This document shows, in pieces, positions 22,800 through 36,403 of a stretch of 64,000 bases of DNA; position 1 is the stretch's first letter; each line of letters starts with the position of its first letter. The position numbers and the translations under genes were made by a program. The stretch lies in assembly GCF_006345805.1 (NCBI RefSeq), contig NC_043011.1, positions 34,980,464-35,044,463 on the forward strand, written 5' to 3'. Under the pieces are notes generated by a model. It ran no database searches. It had not been told where the DNA came from and saw nothing but the letters and a program-made list of their open reading frames with translations. The DNA is from Octopus sinensis. Lineage: Eukaryota.

Positions 22800-23284
22800 C
22801 CCTTAAGTATTTAAACCAGCGATACTACCCAGCCTAAATATTCAACTTGTTTTTATGTTCAATCTGGTCTGATCTGGTCTCACGCCTACCCTGCAATGTC
22901 ACTAAAAATAAACAGTCATATTATCCAAGTCTTGAAGCTGTGAGATAATGCTTGATTAATTCAAAACAACGTGAATAAATAAACATTACATCTGACAGTA
23001 ATCTGAATACTGAAGGGTTAAATATGGCAGTTTCTAACATATGTTCTGTTTTACTGAATAGTTTAAAAGCATTTAACCCTTTAGCATTCAGATTACTATG
23101 TTAAATATAATGCTTTTTTTATTCAAGTTTTTTTGAATTAATCATTCATTATCTTTTTGCTTTCAGGTTTTGATGATATTTTTAAAATGACATTGCAGGA
23201 TAGGTGTGAAAGACTAGATATGGCCAGTTTGAATGTAAAACTTAGAATGTTTGAACTGGATATGGTTGGTTTAAATGCTAAAGT
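22800..23284. mobile_element. Two piggyBac-type MITEs head-to-head (22800-23017 minus, 23077-23284 plus)
   Basis: First ends ..ctgaatactgaaggg|TTAA; second starts TTAA|ccctttagcattcag; ~60-bp gap. Confidence 0.8.
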
Positions 23285-23571
23285 TACAAGCCTATTGCTA
23301 ATTTGCCTGTAGAATTAAGGGTTGTGTTGGATCCTAAAACGTTGCATTGAAACGTTTTCCAGTTAATTCAAGTTACTGACTTTATTGTGGCTGTGTGGTT
23401 AGTTTGCTTCCCTACTTTTTGATTTGAGTTTCAGTTCCACTGTGAGGTACCTGGGATAAGTTTCTTCTGTTATGTCCCTGGGCCAGTCAAAGCTTTGTGA
23501 ATAGATTTAATAGACAGAAATTGAAAGAAACCAACAAAATATATATACATGCACGCACGTGTGCATGCGTA

Positions 23572-23781
23572 TGAGGGGGATGTTGAAAAGTTTCTGGCTT
23601 GAAGGGTATTGTGAAAAGCTTGGTTGGAGGCCTAACCTTCCGAGTCCTTTTCCAGGGTTTAGAAAAACTTAAGGATCACTGCAATAAGTGTGTGAATCTG
23701 AGAGAGGAATATGTTGAATAAAATCATAATTGACCCTCCTGTACTTTCACCCAAAGTCAGAAACTTTCCAGCACCCCCTTG
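23572..23781 (+). mobile_element. Mariner-derived MITE with TA TSD
   Basis: TIRs TA|tgagggggatgttgaaaagtttctgg and cagaaactttccagcaccccct-tg|TA; internal FQGLEKLKDHCNKCVNLREEYVE* resembles a mariner transposase C-terminus. Confidence 0.85.
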
Positions 23782-26700
23782 TATATATGTGTGTTTGGAT
23801 GTGTTCATGTTTCCTTCATCTTTGTGTGTGTGTTTACTGGTTGTAAATACTCCTTGGCGATGGCGGTGAAAGCGTTCCTGGGCTTCTTGACATGTTGCGT
23901 TATCTTTGTAAAGAAAATGCTCATTCATATGATGTTTGTTTCCAGTTCTCTTCATAAACATGTCCAGATTATTTGTTGTTTGATTGGCTTGGAAATAGTC
24001 AGGAGTTGATGTCTCAGGAGATGGTGGCGGTTGGGGACCTGGTCGTATGTAGAAAACACTGACCCATGCAAGCATGGAAAAGTAGACGTTAAAACAATGC
24101 TGACTTAATTAGGACAATAGTTAACAACCATGATAGAGAGCAATCAACTACATACTTAATAAGCATCTTGTGGCGCCATTCCTTTAACTTGTAAGCTTGC
24201 TTTGGCTGGTCTTTTTCTTCATCTCTCTTGGGATAGATGATAAAATAAGTTATTAGTTTCTCTGTTCAATCTGCTAGATTTTCTATTTTGTATAAAACAT
24301 CTTGCGCCCAGGAAAGATCTTATTGATCTTTTAAACTGTTGTATATGATTGATTATTAAAAATCAGATGATGTGTGCGCGTGCATGCAAGATGTTTTGTA
24401 TACATCCAAAATACAGTATCCATATTGGAATTGACTTATCTTTGAATTTCTATGTATGTTGAAGGATCTTCCAGTTTTCATAGATTATCTGTTTGATAAT
24501 TTATAGGAAGCTGTGTTTTTCTTTATGGAGGAATTCAATTAGATTCTTGACTCTAACTAGTTCTGAACCCTAACCCTTCCACTTCTCTGCCATCTCTAAG
24601 AGATGAACACTTAAATAGAAGCAATTACCAACAGTTTGATCTTCTAAATTGCAGTGAAATTTTTATTCTGAATGTATGCTGGTTGTGTGGTTTTAGAAGC
24701 TAACTTACAAATTATGTGGTTAGGAATGAGGTCCCACAGTGCAGCACTTTGGGGGCAAGTGTCTCCTTCCATAATGTTGAGGTGACCCAACATCTTGTAC
24801 GTAAAATTTGACAAACTGCAGAACCTCATGTGTAGATATTTGCTTCTGCTAACATGTAACTCAATGCAACTTGTTGCATGGTCAGGCTGGAGCAATTAAA
24901 CTGGCAACTGTAGCAAACTTGCTTGTCTTGGAGAGTGGTTTTCATTGGATACCCTGCAGGATAAAAAGCAAAATCTGTCAAAGGATGGATGAAGTCAGAG
25001 TGAACAGCTGGAAGCTAAGAGAACCTTAGTCTTTGTTTGGACATTTCTCTAGAAGGAAATTCTGAATTATTTGCCTCATTGGAAAGCCAGGGATCTTACT
25101 CTTCTTTCTGGACTATTTATGATGGTAGCTGAGAGTCTTAGTAGTTTTGTACCGGCTGTCTTGGCTTTAACCCTTCAGTATTTAAGCCGGCTATGACCAG
25201 CCCAAATAGTCAACCTATTCTATGTTCAAACTGGCCAGATCTTGCTTCTCCCACCTATCCTTTGTCATTCTAATTTTATAGTCACCTCATTGAAATCTCA
25301 AAGCTACGAGATAATGTATAGTTAATTGAAAACAGTGTGATTAAATTAACATTACATTTGATAGAGTAGTTTGAATACTAAAGCGTTAAATTTCAGCTCA
25401 GGCATTGCTGGCAGCCATTGTCTTTAATATCTAGGTTGAGATATTTTGTCAGTGATGGCCACACCTGTCTACAAGTGGCAGGTCACCATGTGCATATATA
25501 TACAGGTGTGGTTGTGTGTGTGTGTGATATTGTGTGCTTACATCAAGGAAGCATTAACTAGAGCTCTTGAACAAAAATACCTTGTGGTATTTCTTTCAAC
25601 AGTCATACATACATACATACATCCTTGTCACCATTGTAAATGCCGTGAACTACTAAGTTATTGTTTTACGAAATATCTAAAATATATTATCCTGTGGCCA
25701 TGTAGTAATGTTTGCTTCTTAACCACATAGTTCCAGGTTCAATGCCCAGGCATAGCACTTTGGGTATGCGTCTTCTACTATAGCTCCAGGCTATGAGAGT
25801 GGATTTGGTAGGCAGAAACTGAAAGAAGCTCCTTGTGTGCGTATGTGTGTGTGTGTGTCTTTGTTTCTTCCCTACCACTGCTTGACAACCAGTGTTAGTT
25901 TGTTTATGTCCCTGTAACTTAGCAATTCAGCTAAATCGACTGATAGAACAAGTATCAGGCTTCAGATAAAATAAGCACTGGGGTTGATTCGCTCAACTAA
26001 AGCACTCCAGGGCAGTGCCCCAACATGGCCGCAGCCCAATGACTCGAGCAAGTAAAAGCTAAAAGAATAAAACATTTTTCTGTATTGGTTGAGGTTTAAT
26101 TGAAAGTAATATGGAAGAAGCCTAAAGCTGTGTTGATACAGATTCCTTGATTGTTTTTTGATCATCCATTTTAAAGTAGGTTAGTTTGTTGTAGTGTGTG
26201 TATGTGTGTGTGTGTGTGTGTGTGTGTTGCCAATCACCCAAATTGGTATCATGCCAAATGGTCAATAACCATCACTGGTCAGTCTTGATTTCTCACTGCT
26301 TAACGTCATTGATCTTATCAGGAACCATTATGTTTCCAATTCATTGTGCTTTAACACAATGAATTAGAGCAATCTCTTTCTTTTTTTTTTTTAAAATTTA
26401 TTGTGGTTTCATCTGTGTTGCTGATAGTTTGCTAATGATCTCTTTCTCTCTCTCTCTCTCTCATAGTATAAGTGTGACTGTTAAGTAGCTTGATTATTTT
26501 AGTAAATTGCTCTTCTACTGTTTTTTAGTAGCCTGGCTATTTCTCATATCTATATTTTACTCATGACGGCAGCCAGTATGTTATTTCTAGTAGATTGATT
26601 GACCTACTGCTTGCTTGAAGTTTCCTCATTGTGCTGACTTTTTTCTTTTTAGCCTTCTGTCTCTGCTGACTGGGCAAATCTATGATCACAGATTGCACTT

Positions 26701-27613
26701 ATTACCATCTGTTTTATTTTTAGACATAATGTAATCTGAGATACGTCGCAAAATACATTATTTTGTGATGTATCTCGAGAGGGTCAATATGCCATTAGTA
26801 AACTCACTGGTCCTATTTTCCTTTTACAATTAAACTAGTTGATCATTTAACCAATAAAGTAATCCATTGTTTGATAATCATTTGATCAGTCAATCACTCA
26901 ATCAGATTACTCAGTCCTTTCGTCACCATTCACAGATCTGAAATAGAGAAGGCATGCCATTGATGTGGTTGCGAATGGTGTCAAAAAATACTCTGACTAA
27001 TCTAGCTGATTGATTGATTGACCAAACAATTAATCAAACAATTGTTTAATTAATTGGCGAAATGGTTAACTAGTTGAACAATAACAACAAAAGAAGTGAA
27101 ACCAGTGTGTTTGTATCATTGGCATAATGACTCTCATGAGATGTAGCAAAATTCGCTTCAACACACAAGTTTGCATTAAATATCTTGTAAATCAAATGCA
27201 AAAACGAATTATTAAATGTGTTTTGATGGAGGCTTTGCTATTTCTAACAGATCTACAACCCTGGTTGTATTTGTCTGAAGTAGATGTGGAAGTAAGTAGG
27301 CAATAAAATAATAGGAGTGCTGAATATGTTTATATTCTTTTGCCTTGTTATGTTAAGCGTAGTAAAAGAAATTCCCCTGGCAACACTATAAACAGTGCTG
27401 GTGTGTTGCTGAGGTGTCACTGTTATTTCATATTTACAAATTCTGTTTAGGAAACTTGCAAGAATATGATGTTTAAAACACCGGGGAAAATAAATTTGCT
27501 TGCTGCCAACTATAGTAAATGATTTCTAGCTTGAGCACAAATAATGCATGTGGGTTTCTTTTTATGTATGATATTTTGCAGTTTAGTTTGAGATAAACTT
27601 GTAATCAAGGTTG

Positions 27614-27652
<39 letters not shown>

Positions 27653-28037
27653 GCACACACACTATAACGTAATATAGTGTCACTTTCTATATGTTATAGT
27701 GTTTGAATTGACTTTTGTTAAATAATGTTGTAGCTTGCAAATGCTACGTGTATATATGATTATGTCTGCGTATTAATAAATAATGTAATTAATGTATTGG
27801 TAACAGGCTGATGGCGTTTTCTGGGAGAAATCTTTGTGGTTTAAGTTTTCTTTAAAGTTGCCAAAATGAATGTCAAAGAGAATATGTGATTGGACCATTG
27901 ATTCAGATTGTGAGCTATATATAGTGGAGAGTAGATCTATATTTCCTAGATTGGCTAAATGTTAGAGCTCTCTTGCTTCCTGTCTCAAACACATGTAATA
28001 TACAGCTTATCAGTTGTACATAGGTTGCCTTGGTTAA

Positions 28038-28249
28038 CCCTTTTGTTATCCTATTTCTGTCAGCTTCTGACTTTTAGTTAATTTTAAGAATGCTGAATAA
28101 TTTTAGGAAATTAATTTTGTTATTATTAAGCTGGTGTTTGAATATAAATCAACATGAAATTTTAATGGTAGGTTTTAATGTAGATCACTTTGAACAGGAA
28201 GTTGGTATCATAGTCATGGGTGGTGTCAATGGTGTTGGTATCAGAAGGG
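28038..28249. mobile_element. Second TTAA-flanked (piggyBac-type) MITE family
   Basis: TTAA|CCCTTTTGTTATC..GGTATCAGAAGGG|TTAA. Confidence 0.65.
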
Positions 28250-29285
28250 TTAAAAATATAGAAATGTGTGTCTCTTTAGTTGAACAAATTGTCCCAAGTA
28301 CTTTGTTTCTCTTTTTTATAACCTATTACTTGTTCTATCATTCTCTTTTGCGGAACTGCTAAGTCACAGGGCCATAAACAAACCATCACATGTTAAGTGG
28401 TGGTGAGTGACAAAACACACATGCACACGATAAGCTTCTTTCAGTTCCCACCAATCAAATCTACTCACAAGGCTTTGGTCAGCCCAGGGCTGTAGTGGAA
28501 GACACTTGCCCAAGGTGTCACACAGTGGTACTGAGTCTGGAACTATGTGATTGAGAAATCTATATAACCTTTTTTCCAGCAGAATTTCCAGTCTACAGTG
28601 AATAGTAAAATTGTAAACCAATTCTAATATATTTTCTTTCATATAAGTTTTGTAGTCCTTTTTTTTTTCCAGTGTCTCTTGAACCTTTACCTTCATTTCT
28701 TGTCTCCATCAGTAAACCTATCCACTTCCTGTTGACATTAAAATACCAAATCTGAATGTTACATATACAAATATTCATATTTCTGTTGAATCCTGTTATT
28801 TATTTGTCAAAGGAGCTGTTCTTGTCATGTTAGCTTTGTTTTAAGATGGGAGGGCGTCATTGTATCTGCTTGATTTAAGATTTTTTTTTCACCAGTGTTC
28901 ACAATAGGATATTATTGGGAGATATGACTGATTTAGCAACTTTATTGAGGTTCCATCATGTCAGAAAATAACGGATTTTTCAATTAGTGAATGTTGATAG
29001 TAATGGTGATGATAGTGGTGGTGCATTTGGCCCACAATATCCATTTGTCTAAAATTGCCATTGAAACATTATTTCATGTCCGTGTTCAATGCTGGCATGT
29101 ATATGTGTTGGATGGTTTGGATAGGATCTGATGGAATCTGTGTTCCACAGTGTCTGCTTTGGCATGGTTTCTATGGCTGGATGCCTATCCTAATCAATTT
29201 ACTATCATTTACAATAAATAAAATTACTTTTGTTATGGAACAGCAACTCCACTTGTGAAAAGCATTCAATATTATGTAACACACA

Positions 29286-29317
<32 letters not shown>

Positions 29318-29539
29318 TCTGGAATATTGCTAGGCCCTTCTACTTCTACCTCACCCCTCCTTAAGTGACTTATACCCTGTTTTTTTTTATTTTTTAAAAA
29401 TTCAAACCATAACTTGACCTTTATATATAGCAACCAAATTTCTTTAAAATCCCACCCAGCCATTATACATTAGCAAATTGGTAAAGGACACATTAGACAA
29501 TGAAGCTCTATTTGTACTGAAAAGATGCCTTAATTTATA

Positions 29540-29830
29540 TTACACAAACTAGCAGAAATAGACAATTTTTCCATGTAAATCTCAAATATGAGAACAGAAA
29601 GCATCATCAGAGGCTAAATCCTGGATGTATAGCATTTGGGAGACCAAATATGTCATGTTCTTTGCTGTCACTGATAGGCTGTGTGAGCTCTGTGCATTGT
29701 AGTGGTGTAGCGTCCAGGTTTTGTTTGTCCATACTTCTTCTGTAAAATGGCTCAAAACTCATTATTTTTGATCATATGGAGGAAACTCTTGAAGGATGTG
29801 ATATACTATTCTCATCCTTCAATACTGAGG
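29540..29830 (-). mobile_element. Mariner transposase relic
   Basis: Minus strand gives WTNKTWTLHHYNAQSSH (cf. WILHHDNAPAH) and YIQDLASDDAF (cf. YSPDLAPCDFF), in the expected order. Confidence 0.6.
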
Positions 29831-32800
29831 GGGGCTCGGTCTTATCTTGTGAGTACTTGGTAGTCTCGAGATCATCTTTGGTGGTTCTATCTGGTTTTAA
29901 ATGCTGGTACCACTCATGTTATTGTATATGATTTATTCACCTGCATAGACTTGTTACAACATTAGAAAAGTTTCTATAAGTTTTTGTATATTTGAAATAG
30001 AATTTCACATATACAAGTTGTTTCCCCCACAAAGCTTTCATCGTTCAACTTATGAAAAATTGACGGATGTTGTAAATGCCTGATGTTGCCTTCTGTCTTT
30101 CATGAGTACTGGAGATGCTATAATTGATGATGCTCTTGAACGTGGTTCCTCAGCATGACCACAATCCAAATACTGAAATCATTAGAAAAATAAAGAATAG
30201 AATACCAGTTTCCATTTATTTTAGTGTCTGGTTCAAATCCAGCTGGTGCTGACTTTTTATCTCTCAGGGTTTGATAAAATATATCTTTTATCTTCAACTT
30301 GTTTCAGTTATTGGACTGTAGCCATGCAGGGGCACTGCTTTGAATGGTTTAGTGGAATGAATTGACTCCAAGTACTGGTTTTTAAGTCTGATACATATTC
30401 TATTGGTCTCTTAGCTGAATTACTTAGTTGTGGGGACATAAACAAACCAGCACCAGTTATCAAGTAGTGGTAGAGAGAAAACAGTTTCCATCTACCAAAT
30501 TCATTCACATGATGGTGTTCAGCCCTGGGGTATAGTGAAGGACACTTGCCCAAGGTGTTTGCCCAGTGGGATTGAATCCAAAACGAGCTTCCTGGCCACA
30601 TGTCTGTGCCTATAGTCACTGTCATATTCCAGAATGAGAGCAATTGAATATAAATTTCTGTCAAGAATTGGCAGTTTGTCTGAACGCGATTCTGATACTG
30701 TGTAAAAGTACACAGAACTATTTAATTAAACCTGAGTTATTGCCAATTGTGGATTCTATTTTTAAAAGTACAGACACATTCATGAGAATCGGTTAGTTAA
30801 ACTGTGGCACTGCTTTAGTTTGTTTCTTTTTTACACTTACTTAGATTTTCAACTGGGATCTGTTGACCTATGTGTGTGTGCATGCGCACACTTGGTTGAA
30901 TATTTGAGGAGTTTACTTCACTGTCATATAAGGTCTGAGGTTTAGTCTCATTGCACAGTAATGTTTATTTTCCTTACTGGCATGGGTTGCATGTACTGGT
31001 GCTTTTTACATGGCACCATCACCTGTGCTTTTTACATGGCACCATCACCTGTGCTTTTTATGTGGCACATTCACCAGTGCTTTTTACGTGGCACTGTCAC
31101 CAGCACCTACACCAATGCTTTTTATGTGGTACCTTGGTTTTAGGATCTCAATTCTGTTGTGGTGAGTGCGTCTTCTTGATTACAACAATGCACCACATCT
31201 TGGTCCTCTAAGCCAGGTGAGCAAAAGTGGGTTGGCAGAAATTGAGTGGAAGCACATCAAACAGGCTGTACTTGTTGCAATTTAAAGAACCAGTCTTGTT
31301 ACACTGTGCTGGTGATTTGTTTGAGGATTATCTTAAGAGTACAGGTGTTTGTTGGGTACTCAACCGCCTAAACTATAACATTATGAGTATTCAGTTCAGT
31401 TGATCAAACAACTGGAATATTTTTCAAAGGAACTAATGGAGGCTCCATTTGCTATAGTTTAATGTTATGTACAGGCTTGATAACTCACCACAGGGAGTGT
31501 CACAGAGTTGCATGTTTTAAATGTTGGTAGATCTTGTAGATGTTTTTGACTACTTCTAGTTGCAAATGTTTTGTGACTTAAGTGTTTCATCTCTTGCAAG
31601 TCAAAGTTCAGAGCATGGTTGCTTTTCTAACCCACCCTCCAAACCCCTCTCCCTCATAATATAAATAACTGTGGATAGCTAATGAATTTTTGTAAAAATA
31701 AATACAAGATGAAAATTCTTCATTCTCATGGCTGAGTAGACTGAAAGTTAAATGGGTGACGTACTCGTAGGTTGTGAAGCTATTTCTTATTAGTGGATAT
31801 ATTGTGTGTTTGACTAAGCACTAACCTTAATTGCAAAAGGAATCCCACTTTTAGAAAATAATTTTAATATCTGTCAATATAGTTTTCCCTTTGTATCACA
31901 GTACAATATTACTATTTTTATGCCTGCTTTTTTTTTCCATGTTGTAGATTAGACAAAGTTTTTAGGCAGATTTTTCTTCAGATGGATGCTCTTCCAGTTG
32001 CTAAGTAGTGTTTCTACTAAGCTGTCATTCCATTGGTCCTATGTCAATTGAACTATGGAGCAGTTGTTTGCTGCAGAAAGCAATAATGCCATTTGTTGCT
32101 CAATCGGTATAGTAATATACTGAACTGACATCTACACCCACCTGCTGTCTATTTCTCTCTCACACATATGAAGGGCTTCCTTGCAGTTTCCAACTATGGA
32201 GCAGTTCACTGCAGAAAGTAAACAATGACACCGTTTCTTGCTCAGTTGACATAATAATGTACTGAATTGACATGCTCACCAGCTCTCTCTTTCTCTCCCA
32301 TACATATGAAGGGCTTCCTTGTAGTTTCTACCTGTTAATTCCACTCTTGAGGCATTGGTTGATTGAAGGTTGTGGTACTGAACCTCCAAGCTCTCGCCTT
32401 GTCTCTCTTTCTATCTCTCCTTTGCTTTCTTTCTCAAACTTTTGTCATTTTTCAGCTCTCTATATCTCATATGAAACAAATTTCCCAATCGCCCCTCCCC
32501 CCCACTACGTTCATCTTTCTATAATTTTCTACAAATATTTCTTCTTCATGCTTGAATGATTATCTGTAGATACCTCTATTTTAAGTGCCGTATCATAACA
32601 GTTGATAGGGTAATCTGAATGCTGAGTGCTAAAGTGTTTGTATTTAAATTGAAACATGCTATCTCGAGTTGTATTTCAAACAAAGCTTAATAATGCAGAA
32701 TATTGGAAATGAATGGCATTCATTTGCAACTATCAGGCAATGTCAGGACAAGCGTGGATGTACACACACACACACACACACACACTGAATTTCAGTCGGT

Positions 32801-34007
32801 GGAAACTGAAAGAAACTCAAGGCTTTGGTCAGACCCAGGCCGTAGTAGAAGGCACTTGGCTCAAGGTGCCACCCTGGGATTAAACCTGAAACCACATGGC
32901 TGGGAAGTTCATTAGCCTCATCATGCCTGTGCCAATTTGAGATGTAAAAATGGTAGTTTCATAAGATACTTTTCTGTTGCTGAAGAACTCATTGATGTGT
33001 TGGTCATGGTTGGAATAGGTTTGATCATAGATCTTCATCAGAGCTGACCTGAGGGAGGCTAAACTATAGTTTTTTTTTTGTTTATTTTTGCCATGTGGTC
33101 CCTGGGTACTTTTAACAGAGTTCCTCTTGCTGCAAACATTTTTTTTCCTTCCAAACGTTTATATGCAGATATTTGTGTAGGATATGGATGACATCAATCT
33201 CATCAGTTAAGGAGGGCCTGCAAAGTTGAAGATAAAACAAAAATACAATTGATTCTGGATAACAATAAGATGGTAGTTCAGCAGTGGTTATTGCTAGGTA
33301 CATGATTTCATTGGTGTTATGGAATTGGATTTGTACAAAGCTTTCACTAAGATAAGGCCTACTCTGCTGGTTAATAACCTGATATATTCAAGTTCACGTA
33401 TCTAATACATCTTTATCATAGTATTAGTTTTGAGGAGATAATAATGTCAGTTAACAATATTGGTATATTTTAGAGGATGGTGACACTATTAGAAAAGGGG
33501 GCCATCTGTATGAGAAACGGTAGTCAGTTTGTAAAAAGTATTTTAAAAAAAGACTATATGGTGAAGAAAAGACGATATTAATGAATGACTAAAATTATTT
33601 TGATTCCAGCAAGTATGGGTAATTACTCTAAACATATTTAGGTGCAGAGATAGCCTTGTGGTAAAGGACTTGCTTCCCAACCATGTGGTCTTGGGTTCTG
33701 TTCCACTGTGCAGCACCTTGGGCCAGTGTCTTCTATTATAGTCCTGGACTGACCAAAATTTTTGGGTGAATCTGGGAGATGGAAAGCTCATTTGTGTGTG
33801 TGTGTGTGTGTGTGTGTAGCAAGGAAAGCAAATGCTAAATGATGATGTATATATGTTAGACATGGGCATGGCTGTGTGGTAAGAAATTTGCTTCTCAACC
33901 ACATGGTTCTAGGGTCCCACTGCATGACACCTTGTGCAAGTGTCTATTTTAACTTTGGGCCAACTGAAGCCTTGTGAATGGATTTTGTAGATGGAAACTG
34001 AAAGTCC

Positions 34008-34055
<48 letters not shown>

Positions 34056-34383
34056 TTTGTTTGTTTGTCTTGTCCCATGCCACTGCTTGACAACCAGTGT
34101 TGGTTTGTTTGTCCTCATAACCTAGTGGTTCAGCAAATTAAACTAATAGAATAAGTACTTGGGTAAAAAAGTACTGTTGATTTGTTCGTCTATAACTCCT
34201 CAAGGAAGCATCCCAGCATGATTGTAATCCAATGACTGAAAAACAAAAGATGAGATTTATTTACATGTTTTTATTGCTCACCTCTGTTAATATTGTCATA
34301 GAAAGTTCAAATCCTTGATGTTTCTATATTTGTGTGTGTTGGCTTGCTAAGATCTAATATGTATCCATTATTTTCTATTGCAG

Positions 34384-34512
34384 TTATCTGGTCTTTATGA
34401 AGCCAAGCCGCCCGTGTCTAGGGCAAAAATGGCCCAGCTGACTAAATGTGCCATTAAAGCCATCAAGTTTTATAAACATGTTGTTCAAAGTGTTGAGAAA
34501 TTCATTCAAAAG
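34384..34512 (+). CDS. SCAF4/SCAF8: SCAF exon 2 (CID helices): LSGLYEAKPPVSRAKMAQLTKCAIKAIKFYKHVVQSVEKFIQK
   Basis: Acceptor ttttctattgcag, donor AAG|gtaaaa; 129 nt, phase 0-0; typical SCAF CID sequence. Confidence 0.95.
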
Positions 34513-36216
34513 GTAAAATTGTTTAATTTTTCTCTTTATTCTTCACAATTATCAATCAAATCTTAAATGAGTAGCTAATCAGTTCTCAACTAAAATTCAA
34601 AATTGGAAATCAAAGTTCTTATTCTGTAAAATATATAAAGCTCTCAGCATTTAAAATCTGTGTAGTGGTATAAATTTTTATTTTCCATTTGGTTAGTTAC
34701 TGCTTATCAGAAGAAGCAAACAAGCTATGAGACTGAAAATGTATGTTGGAAGGGCATACTTAGTGAGATGTATTATATAAAGGGTTAAAGGCCTTTCCTG
34801 ATCCATAGGCTCATAAGACTGGTTTCCCAGATCCTGTAGAGTATATTTTCCCTCCCTGGACAGGATACCAGTCTGTTGAAGGATTACTCATTTTTGCCAG
34901 CTGATTGGACTGGAGCAACATGAAATAAAGTGTAATTATTCATTAAAACTCTAACCTAATTAAAAGTTGTGGACTTTCTAATAACTCTCCCACCTGAAAA
35001 TTTCTTTGAATTAGTGTTTTTAAACACATAGTGATTACAAGTGTGGGTAAAGAAACAAAGGTGTTTCTAAAAGTTGCAGTTAGTTGAAAAGGAAGGCTTT
35101 AAATATAATTTAACTAACAAAAATATTCAAGCACTGAAATGTACTTTTTGAAGGCTGCAGATTCCCCACTTCTACAGAGTATTGGTCCTGAATATGGAGA
35201 AATAGAGGTGTTTTGAGGTTGAAAACTTACAATAGATGTCTTTGTAGTTAAGTCGAACCAGAGATCTCACAGAAATATTACAATATTTTATTAAAGCGTG
35301 CTTGCCATTACGTGTGTTGGAAGGCTTATGCTTCTAAGGGAAACAACCTCATCTTGCTCTTGATAGTTCTTTGAAGCAAGAAACAGCAATGTTTAGTTTG
35401 TGTAATAAAAGTATTGTGTAATGAAAGTATTGTGTAATGAAACAATGTTATGAAGATGTATGAACTATGCATCAAAAATATAAAATTACAAAACATTGGG
35501 TTATCACTGGTCTTGCTAGTTTATCATGAATACACATAAAATAAAGACACCCAAATGTAACAAAAGGTTATTGCATAGTGTCATTGAGCAACAACCTTAT
35601 TTCCTTTGTAAAACATTGAATGCGGGGGGGGGGGGATAAAAAGCTTGTATTTAATGTTTATTTTATTGTTGGTTTCAGTCATTGACTGTGGCCATTGTTG
35701 GGGGTATTTCCCAAACCAGTTCTACGTATGTTGGACTAGGATATTTGTCCTGTATTAATTTTGCCACTCTTGTAAGGGGAAAAAGGTTTACAAGGGAATT
35801 CAGATGGAATTTAATATGTTACTGATTAATTTCGTTTCAGACATTGATTTTCATTCTGTTGCAGACACACTGACACTGTCTCAGTGGATTGGTGGGTGGG
35901 TTTTGAGGGTTGATTTCAAGTATGAATTGTTTAACAAAATACTTAGTGAGTATAGCTCAATAGTGGTGTCAGTGGTTTGTTTTGGGTGCAATTTTTCATT
36001 CAGCTTATTTTCATCTGTGAACTTACTTATAAATGTGGTTGTCTGGTTAAAAAGCTAGCTTCCCAACCATGCAATTTTGGGTTCAATCTGGCTGAGCAGT
36101 ACTTTGGGCAAATTTCTTCTTCTATAGGCTTAGGCCAACCAAAGCCTTGTGAGTGGATTTGGTACATGGTAACTGAAAGAAACCTATTGTGTGTGTCTAT
36201 ACACCCTTATCTAGAC

Positions 36217-36403
36217 CAGTGCTCGTTGACCTGTATGCTGTGTCACACTGGTGTGCCAGATGATGATGCTAGGTGTGCCACAGTGTAACCTGAATGTAAT
36301 TTTTTCCCTACACTTTTAGTTATATTTTTTAGCTCAGGTGTATTGCTGAATTTTGAAAAGAATATAAGTGTACCATAAGTGAAAAAAGGGTTGTGAAGCA
36401 CTG
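36217..36403. mobile_element. hAT (Charlie-type) MITE with an 8-bp TSD
   Basis: CAGTGCT..AGCACTG termini flanked by ATCTAGAC at 36209-36216 and 36404-36411 (NTCTAGAN target typical of hAT-Charlie). Confidence 0.85.

Noticed and set aside
23860-23900. ATG GCG GTG AAA GCG TTC (MAVKAF..) as SCAF exon 1
   Set aside because: No FNxE, no donor at the required phase-0 position, and it sits in repeat-like sequence.
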